Source of the DNA: Lama glama
Lineage: Eukaryota
Assembly: GCA_028534125.1 (NCBI GenBank)
Contig: CM052832.1
Span: 14,200,001 to 14,264,000 of the forward strand
Direction of reading: 5' to 3'
Length of the DNA stretch: 64,000 nt
Shown here piece by piece: positions 60,841 to 64,000 of the stretch (its first letter is position 1; each line of letters opens with the position of its first letter). The notes beneath the pieces are model-generated. The model had not been told where the DNA came from. It did no database searches and worked only from the letters and a program-made list of their open reading frames with translations. The position numbers were made by a program, and so were the translations under genes.

Positions 60841-62869
60841 CTGAGGAAAAAAATCTTGGGGTCACTTTGTGTTCTCCTCAATGAAAGACAGGAGGAGGTG
60901 GGACACAGGGTCCAGCTGGCAGCTTAAGATCCAATAAGCAGAGTTAAACCTACCAGAGGGAGAAGGGCAACCTGGGTGACAGATCTAAACAGACAGGGAA
61001 CAGACACTGAGGCACAATGCAGAAGAAATGAGGCTAGCATGTGGAGTCACCACCCATTCCTAACGGACAGAGGGAGGACTAAATGTCACAGGGGCTATGA
61101 CAGCTACAGGAGAAAGGGCATTTCCTAGATGGCTAGGTAAAGAGGGGGAGGAGTGGTCTGAATGGCCACACTCAAGCTGGGCTGAGAGCCAGCAATCCCC
61201 CTTTTGACCACCAACTTAGGAGGCTGCAACTCTGGACATGGCTATCCTCTGGTGAGAGGAGACTCCTTCCTCCCTGTGGTTGGAAAGGGCATAAATAAGA
61301 GGCTTACTGTAGGGTTGAGCTCACATGGATTCACCAGAAGTGAGGTGGCCACAACCATTTAACTGCAGAAGCGCCCAGGGCAGGGGCCTGAGGGTCCCAT
61401 CAAAAGCTCAGTTCCAACCACAGCACCCAGCTAACTGACAAGTCCTCCCCTTCCATCTCTTCTGGGAACCCTGCTGGAATCACCCGTTTCACACCAGCCT
61501 CTGGCTTCAGAGAGCCCTTACTGTTCTTCTGCTTTTCTGGGCAAAGTCCTGCTGGGACTGTCCCTTAGTCTTTGTTTCTGGGACACCATGACCTTCCCAG
61601 GAGCTCCTGAAACAGAACTCCAGAAGTTGTGGTGAGTAGGAGACAAAGGAGGGAAGACAAATCCATCGCAAGTTCTGTCTAGTCATCTCTAGGTCAAGAG
61701 GTCAAGCAGCTGACAAAGTTTCATGGATATTTAAGCAGCTGGCGGATGGCAATGGATGGTCACAGGTGGCCAGGCCTGCTTGGTGGGCTAACCCACTCAG
61801 ACGTTCAGATAGCATTCCCATGACTCTTGAGGTAATCGAGGAAATCAAGGAAATTCAGGGCTGGTAGCAACTTCTGAAAGCATCTGGTCCCATCTCATTA
61901 TACGAGAGAGAAATAAGCCAAGGCCTAGGAGGGGCGTGACTTACCCAAGGTCAGACTAGGTAAAGGCAGAGCCAGCACAGATCTCAGGGCTCATGACCTG
62001 AAGCCCAGTTGTCTTTCCAACAGCAGTAAGCCTCAAATTTGGCTACTTAAATACACCTGAGGGAACTGGGGTGGGAGTAGGCATAGCCCAGAGGGGCCTA
62101 CTGTGAAGTTTTGTGCTTCAGTTTGAAAAGACATGAGGATTTCCTCTTCTTGTCTATCATCCAGCCACGCTAGTTTTATTATAAAAAACAACTCCCCCCA
62201 GTCTTTTGGTAAAACAAGTGCTGCAGGAAACCCTGCCACACCCTGAGGCTCTGCAGTTCATTTTGGGGAGGGAGCACCCTGGTTTGGAAAGCTCACAGAT
62301 CTCTGTACCCATTTCCCCTGTGGGTAGAACCACAGCTCCAGCAGAGAGAGCTTAGACTGATTGATGTTGGGAAAGCCAAGATTCTTCTCCTTTGCAGCTG
62401 AGCTACTGTGCAGGCTTTGTGTTTCAACGATCCTAGCTACTCTGTTAAATCTGCCCTGGCCACTGCCTACTGAGGTTATTTTCCCAAATGACTTAATGAG
62501 TTGCAGAGAAGACATAAATACACGAACATCTGACCTCAGTGGACTGAAAAACTAATAAAAGTCACTGGCAAGGGCTTTCTCAGACAGCACAAAGTGAAGC
62601 TGGGCCTAAATTCCCACAGTTTGGATATCACTGTTTCTTACAGCTGCCTTCCCTCTGCAGAGACAGCATAAACAAGGGTAAGTGTAAACAGCTGTCGGCG
62701 GCCCCAGACAGGCTGGGATGCTCGCCCTAGACGATGACGTGTGAGAGATGAGTCGGGGGAGCCAGGGCAGAGGGGCAAAGGGAGTAGCCTGGGCCATGAC
62801 CAAGCACAGGGCTGCCCCTGTCCTCCAGAGAAGTGGCAGATTTGGCAGGGGCCAGAAAGCTGAGCTCAC

Positions 62870-63069
62870 CTTGCTGGCATACTGCTCCAGGGCCACCACA
62901 GTGTCTGCGCTGAAGCCCTCATCATCCTCTGTGGCCAGGTCCTCCAAGCCCACCTCCGTCTGCACAGCCAGGATGGTGCTGTCCGATGGCACAGCCATGG
63001 GGTGGTGAATGTAGGCAGTGGAGCCATCTTCCAGCTGGACGGCTTCCAGGGCACTGGGGTCATAGCCCT
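62870..63069 (-). CDS. ZNF76: ZNF76 coding exon (about exon 5; 200 nt), N-terminal acidic repeat region
   Basis: Encodes GYDPSALEAVQLEDGSTAYIHHP...ALEQYASK, with the QLEDG repeat typical of the ZNF76/ZNF143 family. Acceptor ctgcag, donor AAG|gtgagc. Upstream exons lie beyond the window. Confidence 0.96.
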
Positions 63070-64000
63070 CTGCAGGGTACATGAGGTTAGCCCAAACACT
63101 GCACAAGGGCAAGAGATATGGCTGGGACCTGGGCTTTAAGGTAACGAGATGTACGTAGACTAAGGAGGATTTCAGTATCGGGCTTCTTGTCCCTCACCTT
63201 GATGATTCACTCTGGCTAGCCCTCTTTCTGGGGCTGCCCCTCCTAAGGATGAGGTCTCCTATGGAGTACTGATTGGGAACCCACAAGCTCCTTGAGGACC
63301 TGAGGGAACCAGCATCACTGGCCTAGATGACCTGAAGAACCTCCTAAATGGTGGCATCACAGCATCTAGGGGGATCTTTGCAGGACACAAATGTGACTGT
63401 GTTACTTGATGACCTAAACAGTTCAACCGTATCCCACTGGTTTCAGAATAAAGACCAAAACTTTATCCTGAAGCCCCAGCGCTCTGGCCCCCGCCTCTCT
63501 CTGTTCAGCTTCCTCTTACCCGCTCTGCCCTCATCCCCAGTACTCTAGCTCCTAGTAGTTCCTCGAACGTGCATTCTTTCTCCCTGCCCACCTCACCCTG
63601 GTCTCTGGGCCACACCTGCTGTTCCTTCTGTCTGGAGTACTGAACCTTTCCTGCAGTTGCTCTTCCCCTAGCTAAGCCCACTTCACCCTTCAGCTCTCAG
63701 CTCAAGCATCACTTCCTCAGAGAAGCCCTCCCTGAGCTTGAATCCCTTTTTCAATAAGTTCCTCAGTGATGGTTCCCTAGTGAGGCCTATTTCCCCACTA
63801 GACTCTAGGAGAGCAGGGACTATGTCTGGCTGTGTTCTCTCTTGTATACTCCACACCTAGTACAACACGTGGCACACAATTATTGCTCAAGAAACTACTT
63901 GTAATAGGAATAAACCATTATTCTTCAGTACCTTAAAAGCTTCATTCTTAAAAAATGTTAATTAAGTTTTCAGTCCTGGTCTTGGATGGTGTCGTTGGGT

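Overview
Mammalian (eutherian) genomic DNA, not microbial. Six tRNA-Ala(AGC)-headed SINEs resembling Vic-1 point to a camelid genome. The window carries the conserved ZNF76-DEF6-PPARD block, all on the minus strand. It holds the last ten coding exons of ZNF76 (63069 to stop at 55824) and the complete 11-exon DEF6 CDS (53297 to 34148; 1896 nt, 631 aa, all GT-AG introns). It also holds the PPARD CpG-island promoter with its two 5'-UTR exons (~28432-28309 and 24796-24713); PPARD intron 2 runs off the left edge. The remainder is intronic or intergenic sequence rich in L1, L2, MIR, MaLR/ERVL LTR, hAT-Charlie and Tc1/mariner remnants. Nearly all ORFs in the supplied track other than these exons and L1/Charlie remnants are spurious. 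I found no convincing new multi-gene system. The most notable items are a spliced 48-codon uORF plus an MHQR start in the PPARD leader, an inverted ~140 bp MADE2-plus-flank duplication in DEF6 intron 1, a SINE with an apparent 3' transduction, and perfect DR2/DR5 nuclear-receptor elements in ZNF76 introns. Gene and repeat-family names come from my recall of the families, not from database searches.
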